Positions 16,353 through 26,445 of a stretch of DNA of 45,737 nucleotides are shown in pieces. The stretch's first letter is position 1. Each line of letters begins with the position of its first letter. This stretch comes from Candidatus Aenigmatarchaeota archaeon (GTDB taxonomy: Archaea > Aenigmatarchaeota > Aenigmatarchaeia > QMZP01 > JAFGSV01), in NCBI GenBank assembly GCA_021163005.1, contig JAGGXP010000023.1:1-45737 (forward strand). Direction: 5' to 3'. The notes beneath the pieces are model-generated. The model had not been told where the DNA came from. It did no database searches and worked only from the letters and a program-made list of their open reading frames with translations. Position numbers and translations under genes: made by a program.

Positions 16353-16793
16353 ATGGATAAGAAAGATGAAAAGATTATAGAAATGCTCAAAAAAGACAGC
16401 TCCCTGTCAACAAGAAGAATAGCAGCCAAGACGGGAATGCCAGTAACAACAGTCCATAACAGGATAAAGAAGCTGAAAGCGGACGGCATAATAAAAGCGT
16501 ACACAGTCCTGCTTGACCACAAGAAGACGGGAAAGGCGTTCGCAGCGGTTATCCACGTCTCGTGCGACTACAAGGCGCTTATGAGGGAGAAAAAAGACCA
16601 GCACATGATCGCAGACGAGATAAAGGCGCTCAGCGAGGTGGAGCATGTGGACATAGTGACAGGCCCCACTGACATAATCGTAAAAGTCCGGACGCGCGAC
16701 GTGGAGGCATTTGACAGCTTCCTGTTCACAAAGCTGCAGAAAATCCCGGGCATCAGCGAAACAACTACATTCGTTGTGATAAGCGAGAGGTAG
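16353..16793 (+). CDS. Lrp/AsnC-family transcriptional regulator
   Basis: MDKKDEKIIEMLKKDS HTH, TTVHNRIKKL, VTGPTDIIV RAM domain. Confidence 0.93.
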   Translation: MDKKDEKIIEMLKKDSSLSTRRIAAKTGMPVTTVHNRIKKLKADGIIKAYTVLLDHKKTGKAFAAVIHVSCDYKALMREKKDQHMIADEIKALSEVEHVDIVTGPTDIIVKVRTRDVEAFDSFLFTKLQKIPGISETTTFVVISER

Positions 16794-16795
16794 GC

Positions 16796-17089
16796 ATGGA
16801 CAAAAGGGCGATTGTCTACAGAGTTCTGAAAAAAGTCCCAAAAGACAAAGTTACCACTTACAAAGAGCTTGCAAAAGCTGCAGGAACGCATCCCCGCGCC
16901 GTGGCCGTTTTCATGAAGACGAACAGGGAGCCTGAACGCATACCATGCTTCCGCGTCATACGCTCTGACGGACGCATCGGCGGCTATTCCGGTCCCGGAG
17001 GTGTTGAGGAAAAGATACGGCTTCTCAGAAAGCACGGGATAGATGTCAGGAACGGGCGCATCGCCGGGAAATACATCCACCGCTTTTAG
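16796..17089 (+). CDS. ogt: single-domain O6-methylguanine-DNA methyltransferase (MGMT family)
   Basis: VTTYKELA...PRAVA...IPCFRVIRSDG with the active-site Cys retained. Confidence 0.85.
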   Translation: MDKRAIVYRVLKKVPKDKVTTYKELAKAAGTHPRAVAVFMKTNREPERIPCFRVIRSDGRIGGYSGPGGVEEKIRLLRKHGIDVRNGRIAGKYIHRF

Positions 17090-17976
17090 AGCCTGGTGGT
17101 CACAATGGGCTCGTCGGCCACTATTATAGTGTCCTCTGACTGCGCTATCTTCCTGCCGCCCATGTCCTTGAGCAGCGGATAGCTCTTCAGAGCGCCGACC
17201 CTTTCGAGCTCCATCAGCGCCATCTTAATCCGGAAAGGCGAAATGTGCTTAGCGAGCCAGCGCTTTGCGAACGGGAAGCCGCCGTAGTCTTTTTCAGCGA
17301 GCTCCATGATTTTTCTGGCTTCCATGGAGCGGACGGGCTTTCGCTGGGCGAACTGGTAGATTTCCACGGGGTCAGATTCGTCCACGCGGGCGGCGCTCTC
17401 GCAGACAAAAGGCTCAAGCGCTATGACATCACCCTCGCTGAGCACGCGGTCGTTCTCATTGGGCACGTTGGGTATGGAAAACCTGCCGTGGAAAAGCCAC
17501 CTCTCTATGCCGTGTCCTGTCAGGTTCACGACCGGGCCGAATCCCGAGCTTTCGATGCTTTCGTAGATGGCCGCGCTTATCTCTGAAATCCTGACTCCGG
17601 GCTTTATGACGGATATGCCCGCATCAAGAGCCTCCCTTGATGCCTTCACAATCGGGCTCTTCTCCGAGCAGTATGTGAACGCCATGTCAGAAAGGTAGCC
17701 GTCTATGTGGGCGCCTATGTCTATCTTCACGAGGTCCCCCCTGCCGACAGTCTTTTCATCGCCTATCTGCGGCGTGTAATGAGCAGCGGACTCGTTGATG
17801 CTTATGTTGACAGGAAAGGCTGGCTTCGCGCCCGCTTTGATTATTGCGCTTTCTATTTTCTCAGCTATGTCCAGAAGCTTCGTGCCGGGCTTTATGGTTT
17901 CAAGCATGTCCCTGCGCAGTTTTGATGCTATTTCACCGGCTTTCCTGTACTTATCAAGTTCCTCATCAGAGAGCAT
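17086..17976 (-). CDS. map: methionine aminopeptidase type II
   Basis: AFPVNISINESAAHYTP, KIDIGAHIDG, NLTGHG, ALEPF, AQSEDTI. Confidence 0.95.
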   Translation of the reverse strand: MLSDEELDKYRKAGEIASKLRRDMLETIKPGTKLLDIAEKIESAIIKAGAKPAFPVNISINESAAHYTPQIGDEKTVGRGDLVKIDIGAHIDGYLSDMAFTYCSEKSPIVKASREALDAGISVIKPGVRISEISAAIYESIESSGFGPVVNLTGHGIERWLFHGRFSIPNVPNENDRVLSEGDVIALEPFVCESAARVDESDPVEIYQFAQRKPVRSMEARKIMELAEKDYGGFPFAKRWLAKHISPFRIKMALMELERVGALKSYPLLKDMGGRKIAQSEDTIIVADEPIVTTRL

Positions 17977-18007
17977 ACATATTTATCAGACTGCTGATTA
18001 AAATCTG

Positions 18008-18934
18008 TTACTCAAGGAACTCGGCTGTGTCTATTATGCCGTCGCCGTCCATGTCGTATCCCTTGACGACCCGAGACTTGACCGACTGGCCGAATTTGTT
18101 TCCCTTGAGGAACTCCTCGAACTTGGTGACGACAGCCAGAACAGCGGCTCTCGTGCCTGCAAAGCGCTTGCCTGCGAGCAGCAGAATCATCTTTCCCGGG
18201 TTTTCCGGGTTTTCTATTATGCTCACTATACCTGTTTCGTCTGTTGTGTAGGTCTTCTTGGAAAGCGTTGATATGATGTTCTTCTCATGCTCCATGTCTA
18301 TGTAGATGGGGAACTGCTTGTTGTGCTTCATTGTTATCATATTGGCTGTCGGGCCTCCGATGAGAACCATGTTGCCTTTGAGTGTGTCTTCCCTGACCTC
18401 TGTGTCCAGCTTGTAGTTGGGCGGGTTTTCACCCGTCGTGTAGGCGCCAAGGAAAAACGCGAGATCTATGGCGCACGAAGCGTCGCTCGCCCTCGCCTTG
18501 TACGGGCCGTGGGGGTCGGGGGAGCCGACAATGACAGTGGCGTTCATGACACCGTTCTCTATGAACGGCCGGAGAAGCATGGATTTCTGCGGCGATTTTA
18601 TGTTGAGCTTCCTGAATTTCACGCTGTCAGAGAGTATGCCGAAGGCCTCGCCCGATGACTGGTAAAATCTTGCCAGGGTTCCGTGCCTCTGCTCTGTCTT
18701 CAGCTCCTCGATAAGCCCGCTCTCCCTCAGTTTTTTTACATAGTAATAGACTTTCTGTTCATGGACGCCGAGTTCCTTGGCGATGTCTATGGGACACCGG
18801 GGCTCGGAAAGCATAGCAAAAATCTTCCACCCGAGTTTTGATGTCAGCACCTTCAGTTTTGAGGGTTCCCTGAACAGGACAAGCGGCGCTATCTCACTCT
18901 TACTGTCGGTTCTCAGTATGAAGTAATGCTGCAT
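18008..18934 (-). CDS. HTH transcriptional regulator with uncharacterised C-terminal domain
   Basis: N-terminal DIAKELGVHEQKVYYYVKKL HTH; C-terminal region with NMVLIGGP and LLAG motifs. Divergent from glmS. Confidence 0.75.
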   Translation of the reverse strand: MQHYFILRTDSKSEIAPLVLFREPSKLKVLTSKLGWKIFAMLSEPRCPIDIAKELGVHEQKVYYYVKKLRESGLIEELKTEQRHGTLARFYQSSGEAFGILSDSVKFRKLNIKSPQKSMLLRPFIENGVMNATVIVGSPDPHGPYKARASDASCAIDLAFFLGAYTTGENPPNYKLDTEVREDTLKGNMVLIGGPTANMITMKHNKQFPIYIDMEHEKNIISTLSKKTYTTDETGIVSIIENPENPGKMILLLAGKRFAGTRAAVLAVVTKFEEFLKGNKFGQSVKSRVVKGYDMDGDGIIDTAEFLE

Positions 18935-19094
18935 GGAATCACTATGAATTTTATTTTAATATTTGAGTTTTTTTAGTAATAGTCTTTATAAAGGTTTTCC
19001 CAAATCCCGCCGCAAAACCAGCACCAATTAAGACATTTTTCTCAGTAAATGCTTTAAATAGGTTTGTTCAATTTCCTATTTATCCTGTGATGTT

Positions 19095-20891
19095 ATGTGC
19101 GGAATAGTTGCTTATATGGGCTCCAGGCAGGCAGCGCCGCTGCTGCTGAATGGCTTGCGAAGGCTCGAATACCGCGGATACGATTCAGCGGGCATGGCTG
19201 TGCTGAACGGCGGCATAGACATAAGGAAGGACAGGGGCCGGATAGACGATGTGAACAGGGAGCATGATTTTTCATCACTTAAAGGCACACTTGGCATAGC
19301 CCACACGCGGTGGGCCACACACGGAGAACCCAGTATGAAGAACGCCCACCCGCACACCGGGTGCAACGGCGACATAGCTCTCGTCCACAACGGCATAATA
19401 GAGAACTACAAGACACTGAGGGAACTCCTCGAGAGCGAGGGGCACGTATTCTCGACTGACACCGACACGGAAGTGCTTACCCATCTCATAGAGAAGTTCT
19501 ACAAGGGAGACTTTCTGGGCTCAGTCAGAAAGGCGCTCATGCAGATCAGGGGAACTTACGGCATAGCGGTGATACATAAGGGGTGTAATGAGGTAGTGGT
19601 TGCCAGAAACGGCTCACCACTTGTAATAGGTGTGAAAAGGGGTGAGGCATTTGCCGCTTCCGACGCCTCGGCCATACTGGAGCACACAAAGAAGATGATA
19701 TACCTTGACGACGGAGAGGTAGCCACGCTGAAACCCGGTGGCGTTGTCACTGTCAGGAACCTTTTCGACAAGATTCTCGAAAAGAACATAGAGGAGATAG
19801 GATGGAATCTCGACCAGATAGAGAAGGGCGGCTTCAGACATTTCATGCTCAAGGAGATATTCGAACAGCCCGAGTCCATAAGGAACGTGATGAGGGGAAG
19901 GCTGGGAAAGGGCATAAAACTCAGCATAAACGGGGAGCTGGGTGACCGGAAGAGGGTCATAATAGTGGCATGCGGATCATCATGGCACTCTGCACTCATA
20001 GGGCGCTACCTGATAGAATCGCTGTCAGGCGTCCCCGCTGAAGTTGACTATGCCTCTGAGTTCAGGTACAGGGAGCCGCTCGTCGGCAAAGATGATCTTG
20101 TAATAGCCATCTCACAGTCAGGGGAGACCGCCGACACGCTCGCGGCCCTTAAGGAGGCGAAGAGGAGGGGAGCTAAGACGCTGGGAGTGGTTAACGTCGT
20201 CGGCTCTACCATAGCGAGGGAGGCGGACATGGGCGTCTACATTCATGCCGGTCCGGAGATAGGCGTGGCGTCCACGAAGGCGTACACCAACCAGATAATC
20301 GCGCTTCTGCTGATAGCGCTTGACCTTGCGCAGAAGCATGGAAAGAAGATAAACCAAAGGCTTTTAAGTGATATGAGGAAGCTGCCGGCAACACTGGAAC
20401 ACGTTCTTAAGGAAGACAAAAAGATAAAAGCCATAGCTGACAGGGTGGCAGAGCATGGAAACTTCCTGTATCTCGGCAGGGGCATAAACTACCCGACAGC
20501 GCTCGAGGGGGCGCTCAAGCTCAAGGAGATATCCTACATACACGCAGAGGGTTATCCGGCTGCAGAGATGAAGCACGGGCCGATAGCTCTGATAGACGAG
20601 AACATGCCCGTCGTGTTCATAGCGAACAAAGGAAAGGGCTATGATAAAATTGTTTCGAACATGGAGGAAGTGAAAGCGAGACGCGGAAAGATAATAGCAA
20701 TAGCCACAGAGGGGGACAATTCCATAAAAAGCCTTTCCGATTGGGTGATACGCGTGCCCAGAACCGCTGACGAGCTCTCGCCTGTGGTCAATATAATTCC
20801 GCTCCAGCTGCTGGCATACTACATAGCAGACATAAAGGGTCTTGATGTGGACAAACCCAGGAATCTGGCAAAGTCTGTCACAGTGGAGTGA
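19095..20891 (+). CDS. glmS: glutamine-fructose-6-phosphate aminotransferase
   Basis: MCGIV, LEYRGYDSAG, HTRWATHG, SQSGETADT, PRNLAKSVTVE. Confidence 0.98.
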   Translation: MCGIVAYMGSRQAAPLLLNGLRRLEYRGYDSAGMAVLNGGIDIRKDRGRIDDVNREHDFSSLKGTLGIAHTRWATHGEPSMKNAHPHTGCNGDIALVHNGIIENYKTLRELLESEGHVFSTDTDTEVLTHLIEKFYKGDFLGSVRKALMQIRGTYGIAVIHKGCNEVVVARNGSPLVIGVKRGEAFAASDASAILEHTKKMIYLDDGEVATLKPGGVVTVRNLFDKILEKNIEEIGWNLDQIEKGGFRHFMLKEIFEQPESIRNVMRGRLGKGIKLSINGELGDRKRVIIVACGSSWHSALIGRYLIESLSGVPAEVDYASEFRYREPLVGKDDLVIAISQSGETADTLAALKEAKRRGAKTLGVVNVVGSTIAREADMGVYIHAGPEIGVASTKAYTNQIIALLLIALDLAQKHGKKINQRLLSDMRKLPATLEHVLKEDKKIKAIADRVAEHGNFLYLGRGINYPTALEGALKLKEISYIHAEGYPAAEMKHGPIALIDENMPVVFIANKGKGYDKIVSNMEEVKARRGKIIAIATEGDNSIKSLSDWVIRVPRTADELSPVVNIIPLQLLAYYIADIKGLDVDKPRNLAKSVTVE

Positions 20892-20916
20892 GTATGTTAA
20901 AAAATGAGGTGATTAA

Positions 20917-21954
20917 ATGACAGTGAAGGTAGCGATAAACGGATACGGAACAGTAGGCAAGCGGGTGGCAGACGCAGTTGCTGCGCAGAAGGACATGGAA
21001 GTCATAGGAGTTGTCAAGACAAAGCCGACCTTTGAGGCTTACGGAGCAGTTGACAAGGGATTCAGGCTGTTCGCGAACAACAGGGAGAACATGAAGACAT
21101 TTGAGGAAGCCGGACTTAAAGTCGAGGGAACAAGCCGCGAGCTCATCGAGGAAGCGGACATAATAGTCGACGGCTCACCCGACGGGATAGGCATAGAGAA
21201 CAAGGAAGAGCTTTACATACCGCTCAAGAAGAAGGCCATATTCCAGGGCGGGGAGAAAGCCGGCACAGCGGATGTGTCGTTCAATTCCGCGGCAAACTAT
21301 GAGAAGGCAGCAGGAAAGCAGTTCGTCAGGGTAGTCTCGTGCAACACCACAGGCCTCTGCAGGACGCTGGCGCCCATAGACAGGGCATACGACATAAAGA
21401 AGGTCAGCGCTGTGATGATACGCCGCGGACCTGACCCGCCCAACATAAAGAAGGGGCCGGTCAATGCCATAGTGCCTGACCCTGTTACCGTTCCGTCACA
21501 CCACGGGCCGGACGTGAACACCGTGCTTCCTGACCTTAAAATAACGACAGTAGCCCTGAAGGTGCCCACGACGCTCATGCACATGCACAGCATAAACGCC
21601 AGCATGGTCAACGGGACGAAAACAGATGAAGTGATAGACCTGCTTGACAAGACACCAAGGGTCGTCCTTGTGAGGGCTTCTGAAGGCATAAAATCCACGG
21701 CTCATATAATGGAATGGGCCAAGGAGCTCGGCAGGCCGAGGTCTGACCTGAACGAGATAGCAGTCTGGGAGGAAAGCATAAATGCAAAAAAAGGTGAATT
21801 GGTTTACATGCAGGCAGTGCATCAGGAAAGCGACATCGTGCCGGAGAACGTGGATGCCATAAGGGCCGTGCTCGGCATGGAAAGCGATCCGCTGACCAGC
21901 ATAAAGAAAACGGATATGGCCATGAGGCTGAAACCATGGTGGAAACACAGTTAG
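20917..21954 (+). CDS. gap: archaeal-type (class II) glyceraldehyde-3-phosphate dehydrogenase
   Basis: [46 protein letters not shown]. Confidence 0.96.
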   Translation: MTVKVAINGYGTVGKRVADAVAAQKDMEVIGVVKTKPTFEAYGAVDKGFRLFANNRENMKTFEEAGLKVEGTSRELIEEADIIVDGSPDGIGIENKEELYIPLKKKAIFQGGEKAGTADVSFNSAANYEKAAGKQFVRVVSCNTTGLCRTLAPIDRAYDIKKVSAVMIRRGPDPPNIKKGPVNAIVPDPVTVPSHHGPDVNTVLPDLKITTVALKVPTTLMHMHSINASMVNGTKTDEVIDLLDKTPRVVLVRASEGIKSTAHIMEWAKELGRPRSDLNEIAVWEESINAKKGELVYMQAVHQESDIVPENVDAIRAVLGMESDPLTSIKKTDMAMRLKPWWKHS

Positions 21955-21964
21955 GTTGGTTGTG

Positions 21965-23086
21965 ATGCAAGCTGTCATACTGGCTGCGGGCAAGGGGGAG
22001 AGAATGAGGCCTCTCACCGACAGCATGCCAAAGGTAATGCTGCCTGTGGCCAACAAACCCATCCTCCAGCACTCGCTGGAAGCGCTCCGCGGGCTGGTGA
22101 ATGAGGTAATTCTTATCGTAGGCTACAGGCACGAGGATATCAGGTCATACTTCGGAACAGATTTCATGGGCATGGATATAACCTATGTCATGCAGGACAA
22201 GCAGCTGGGAACCGGGCACGCGCTGCTGCAGGCCAAGCCCTTCGTAAAAGGAAAGTTCCTCTTCATGATGGGCGACAACCTCTACGAAAGAAATGACATA
22301 CAGGAATGCCTGAGGCACGACTACAGCATCCTGACCAGAAAGGTGGACAATCCGAGAATATTCGGCATCTGTGAAGCCAGGAACAGCCTTCTTGTTGGGA
22401 TAGAGGAGAAGCCGGAGCATCCGAAGTCCGACCTCGCCAATGCTGCGCTCTATGTCCTTGACCGCAGGATATTTGAGCAGGGAATGAAGAAAAGCAGGAG
22501 GGGAGAATACGAGGTTGTGGATGCTGTCAACAGCCTTGCGCAGGAGACCGACATTCATGTTGTGGAGAGCGAAATGTGCGAATTCCTCACATACCCATGG
22601 GACCTGCTCCGTGTCAATGAATACCTGCTGAAAAAGGGCGCCGGGAGCATAGACAAGTCTGCGAAGATAAGCAAAGACGCAAGGATAGAGCAGCCTGCCA
22701 TAATAGGAAAGAACGCGGAAATAAGGAACGCGGTGATAAGGCCTTACACAGCCATCGGCGACAATGCCGTGATAGGCAACTTCGTTGAAATCAAGAACAG
22801 CATCATCATGGATGGTACGAAGATACCGCATCTGTCTTACTTGGGCGACTCGGTAATAGGCCGCAACTGCAACTTCGGTGCAGGCACAAAGGTTGCAAAT
22901 CTCCGGTTCGACGACGCCACCGTGAAGGTGAAGATAAAGGGGAAGAAAGTGGATTCCGGAAGGCGGAAGCTCGGGTGCATAATGGGCGACAACGTAAAAA
23001 CAGGCATCAATGCGTCCATAATGCCGGGAGATGTCATAAAAACCGGAAGCTTTGTTGAGGCAGGCAAAACCCACAAGCAGATTTAA
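21965..23086 (+). CDS. glmU: bifunctional sugar-1-phosphate nucleotidyltransferase/acetyltransferase (archaeal GlmU-like)
   Basis: LAAGKGERMRPLT, EEKP, hexapeptide repeats, HLSYLGDS, ANLRFD. Confidence 0.88.
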   Translation: MQAVILAAGKGERMRPLTDSMPKVMLPVANKPILQHSLEALRGLVNEVILIVGYRHEDIRSYFGTDFMGMDITYVMQDKQLGTGHALLQAKPFVKGKFLFMMGDNLYERNDIQECLRHDYSILTRKVDNPRIFGICEARNSLLVGIEEKPEHPKSDLANAALYVLDRRIFEQGMKKSRRGEYEVVDAVNSLAQETDIHVVESEMCEFLTYPWDLLRVNEYLLKKGAGSIDKSAKISKDARIEQPAIIGKNAEIRNAVIRPYTAIGDNAVIGNFVEIKNSIIMDGTKIPHLSYLGDSVIGRNCNFGAGTKVANLRFDDATVKVKIKGKKVDSGRRKLGCIMGDNVKTGINASIMPGDVIKTGSFVEAGKTHKQI

Positions 23087-23109
23087 GGGCGAAGCACCAA
23101 TATTCTATT

Positions 23110-23538
23110 ATGGCAGACCCTGTTTCATCACTTTCAGGCATACTGGAGATGTCGCTCGCAAATCCGATGGGGCTTTTGCTGGGGATTGTTCTTTCCACTG
23201 TAATAGGAGGAGCGGTTATACTCGTAATAATAGAAATACTGGCAAAGAAGTTCTCCGAAAGCGTGAAGCCGCTCAATGCCTTTATTCTGGCATTCGTGGT
23301 TTCGCTCATAAACCTTTTTGGAGTTGTTTCGCTGCTCGGCGGACTTCTGTCAATGCTGCCTTTGGGCGGGCTGCTTACCATGCTCCTGCCAATACTTGTG
23401 TGGATAGTCCTCGTGAAGCTCTTCTTCAGGGAGATGGAACTCGTGCATGTGCTGATAATAAGCGTGTTATGCTACCTTGTCAGCATATACCTGGTTCCTC
23501 TGCTTGTCGGGATGGCGGGCGGGCTGCTGCCTGTATGA
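23110..23538 (+). CDS. multi-pass membrane protein, hypothetical
   Basis: Four hydrophobic segments; its 3' end overlaps the convergent mtaB-like gene. Confidence 0.75.
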   Translation: MADPVSSLSGILEMSLANPMGLLLGIVLSTVIGGAVILVIIEILAKKFSESVKPLNAFILAFVVSLINLFGVVSLLGGLLSMLPLGGLLTMLLPILVWIVLVKLFFREMELVHVLIISVLCYLVSIYLVPLLVGMAGGLLPV

Positions 23539-24792
23539 GGCCTCGAGATAGGCGGCATGCGCTCCCTTTATCTGGACAGTGACATCAGTGCCGAGAATAT
23601 CCCTGTCAGAATTTATAACCACTGCCCTGTATGAACGGTTCCTGCCCGTGTACTGGTTCATGGCTTTTCCGCGCTCGGTAACGAGAACACTGCCTTTCCA
23701 GCCGAGCCATTTTTTCGCGGACAGCGTCCTCAGCTTCCTGACGGCTTCCGCCATTTCCGCGGATCTTCTCTTGACTGTTTTCGGATCCAGCTGCGGCATA
23801 CGCGCGGCTTCCGTGCCCCTCCTGACGCCGAATTTGGAGACATTGACGATGTCTGGTTTTGTCTTTTCGAGAAGCTCCATTGTCTTCTGAAAGTCCTCAT
23901 CGGTTTCTCCGGGAAATCCCACAATGACGTCGGTGGCTATGGTAATGGAGGGTATCGCTTTCCTGAATTTATCCACTATGTGTTCGAACTGCGATGCAGT
24001 GTATTTCCTGCGCATGGCTTTGAGCACCCTGTCAGAGCCGGACTGCACAGGCAGGTGCAGGAACCTGTAGACTTTCCTGCTGCTGAAGGCCTCTATGAGC
24101 CTGTCAATCATGGGACCTGCGTGGTTTGGATTCATCATGCCTATCCTCACCATGAAATCACCATCAAGGGAGCATATCCTGTCAATGAGGTCCGGCAGCT
24201 TTATTCCGTCATAAGCATAAGAGCCATTGTCCTGTGATGTCAGCCATATCTCCCTGCAGCCATCGTCCAGCGCTGTTTTCACATCCTTTACTATGTCATC
24301 CGGCGGGAAGCAGCGAAGCCGGCCTTTTGCAAGGCGCACGGCGCAGTAGGCGCAGACCCCGTTGCATCCCTCTGATATCTCTGTTATGCCTATGAGCCTG
24401 TTTGTCCTGCTCTTGGGCGTATTCAGCTTGTTCTCTTCGGACGGCCCTACGAAGACCGCCCTTCCTTCAATCGCCTCCGCTATGCGCGTGACGTGGTGCG
24501 TGCTGACTATGCTCGCAGCCGGGGCTATCTTCTCTATGTCGCTGAGCGCGACCTCCGGCATGCATCCCGCAACAACGAGCCTTTTTCCGGCATGCTCCCT
24601 TGATATGTTCCTTATTCTGTCCTTTATCTTCTGTTCCGTGGGCGCCTTGACGAAGCAGGTGTTGACTATGACAGCGTCGGCCTCGCTGACTGCGCTTACC
24701 GGGATATGCCCTCCAGCGGCCAGCAGTCCTGACATTGTCTCCGACTCGGCCCTGTTTGCAGAGCATCCGTATGTTTCTATGTAGAATTTCAT
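23467..24792 (-). CDS. mtaB: tRNA t6A37 methylthiotransferase (e-MtaB/CDKAL1-like radical SAM)
   Basis: ETYGCSAN, NTCFVK, CNGVCAYC, RIGMMNP, HLPVQSGS and a C-terminal TRAM domain. Confidence 0.9.
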   Translation of the reverse strand: MKFYIETYGCSANRAESETMSGLLAAGGHIPVSAVSEADAVIVNTCFVKAPTEQKIKDRIRNISREHAGKRLVVAGCMPEVALSDIEKIAPAASIVSTHHVTRIAEAIEGRAVFVGPSEENKLNTPKSRTNRLIGITEISEGCNGVCAYCAVRLAKGRLRCFPPDDIVKDVKTALDDGCREIWLTSQDNGSYAYDGIKLPDLIDRICSLDGDFMVRIGMMNPNHAGPMIDRLIEAFSSRKVYRFLHLPVQSGSDRVLKAMRRKYTASQFEHIVDKFRKAIPSITIATDVIVGFPGETDEDFQKTMELLEKTKPDIVNVSKFGVRRGTEAARMPQLDPKTVKRRSAEMAEAVRKLRTLSAKKWLGWKGSVLVTERGKAMNQYTGRNRSYRAVVINSDRDILGTDVTVQIKGAHAAYLEASYRQQPARHPDKQRNQVYADKVA

Positions 24793-24890
24793 GCTAATGA
24801 TAAAAGCGTCTGGTTTTTAAAGGATTGTGCCCAAATAAGAGCCACCGAAACCTTTATAAACCATTAAATTAACTACTTGATAGTGATAAT

Positions 24891-25163
24891 ATGAAAGAAT
24901 TGAAGTATACAGCACGCGTAACAGGTCTGGGTTCAGGCCCCGTTCCGGATGCCTTCGACACCAGAGCTTACAATATAGTGGATTTGCACATACCAAGCAC
25001 AGAAGGGCCTGCCAGAGACATAAGAACATACATAAAGGGGCAACCGCCTGCAGAAGGAGAACTCGTCGATGTAACTGTTGTCGAGTCTCTGGGTTTTATT
25101 GACCAGGTAAAATCCATCGAAACAAAAACCGGCAGGTATCCTGTAATCAGCCATGACATATAA
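24891..25163 (+). CDS. hypothetical protein (small, beta-rich)
   Basis: 90-aa ORF filling an intergenic gap, with TTTATAAA upstream and stop abutting the trm5 stop. Confidence 0.6.
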   Translation: MKELKYTARVTGLGSGPVPDAFDTRAYNIVDLHIPSTEGPARDIRTYIKGQPPAEGELVDVTVVESLGFIDQVKSIETKTGRYPVISHDI

Positions 25164-25994
25164 TTAATCCAGAACCCTGAACTCCACGCAGACCTTCCAG
25201 ATTCTTGGACCGTAAGGAAGCACCTTTCGCTTGTCCAGAATCTCGACCTTTTTATGGGCCTTTTCGGCTGCTTTTTCAATATATTCAACAGCCTTTCCGT
25301 AGAGGTCGTCTTCCCTGTCGTAATGGTAGAAATGCACAATGCCGCCCTTTTTAGCCACTTCAAAGACCGTGTCGAGGAACTCGTGGGCGCCTTTCGGGAG
25401 CGGCATGGTTATCCTGTCGAATTTTATGCCAATACGGGGGCACACCTCTTTGACATTGCCCAGAACAGGCACCACCTTTGTCTGCATCCTGTTCAGGCGC
25501 ACGTTTTCCAGTGCGAATTTATGCGCTTCAGGATTGAGTTCCACGCCGTATGCCTTGTGCAGCCCGGGCTGAAGCTTCGCATATACTACAGGCGACGGGC
25601 ACACGCCGCTGAACATGACAAGGACGTCCTCTCCGGGTTTTATCATCTTCGCTATGCGCACCCTCTCCGTGGATTCCCTCGGCGAAAAATACGCCTTAAC
25701 GACATCAACCCTGAACCTGCACCCGTTCTCCCTGTGCTCCGTGAGCGTGCTTCCGCCTGCTATTACCTCAAGGCTGTTCAGCCTGTAGTCGCCTGAACGC
25801 TCCCCGTACTTGTCGCAGACTGTCTTAACGTGCCTGTTGACCTTCATTAGCGCTTCGGCTATGAGTTTCCTTTTTTTCTTCAGCTCAAACGGTATCTCTA
25901 TGATGGCAACGTCGCCTATGACGTCGAAAGCCCTGGGAACGCGCTTCAGTTCGTCTTCTGTGAGCTTTCCCCTCAGAACGTCTTTCATATTCAT
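25164..25994 (-). CDS. trm5: Trm5/Taw2-family tRNA methyltransferase
   Basis: FDVIGDVAII, HRENGCRFRVD, YFSPR..ER, VELNPEA, DRITMPLP. Confidence 0.85.
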   Translation of the reverse strand: MNMKDVLRGKLTEDELKRVPRAFDVIGDVAIIEIPFELKKKRKLIAEALMKVNRHVKTVCDKYGERSGDYRLNSLEVIAGGSTLTEHRENGCRFRVDVVKAYFSPRESTERVRIAKMIKPGEDVLVMFSGVCPSPVVYAKLQPGLHKAYGVELNPEAHKFALENVRLNRMQTKVVPVLGNVKEVCPRIGIKFDRITMPLPKGAHEFLDTVFEVAKKGGIVHFYHYDREDDLYGKAVEYIEKAAEKAHKKVEILDKRKVLPYGPRIWKVCVEFRVLD

Positions 25995-26404
25995 GGCTTC
26001 ACCCTGTCAAGCGTCCTGTTCAGAATGGCGTCCGCAATGCTCACATGTCTGTCTTCGCGCTTCACGTGCCTGTACGTTACAGACCTGAAATGCCCCTCTT
26101 CGGCCTTGACAAGTTCGTAGAGCTCCCTGAGATGCGGCTTCTTAACCTTGTATTTGCCGGACAGCTGCATGGCCGCGAGCTGGCTGTCCATGGTGCATAT
26201 CACATCGCCTGTGCTGTATTTTGATGCGAGCCTGAGCGCCTTTAGGACAGCCCTGTACTCAGCAACATTGTTGGTGTTTTCGCCTATGTATTCGCTGTGG
26301 CTCTTCAGCAGCCTGCCTTTCCCGTCGTATATCAGCAGCGCAAATGCCGCGGGTCCGGGGTTGCCCCTCGAGCCGCCGTCAGTGTATATGTTCAGGTCTG
26401 GCAT
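25991..26404 (-). CDS. rnhA: ribonuclease HI
   Basis: YTDGGSRGNPGPA, TNNVAEY, DSQL and AD acidic catalytic residues. Confidence 0.93.
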   Translation of the reverse strand: MPDLNIYTDGGSRGNPGPAAFALLIYDGKGRLLKSHSEYIGENTNNVAEYRAVLKALRLASKYSTGDVICTMDSQLAAMQLSGKYKVKKPHLRELYELVKAEEGHFRSVTYRHVKREDRHVSIADAILNRTLDRVKP

Positions 26405-26445
26405 ATCATCATCTAATTTAATTTAAAGCAGGCTTATTTTAAAGC

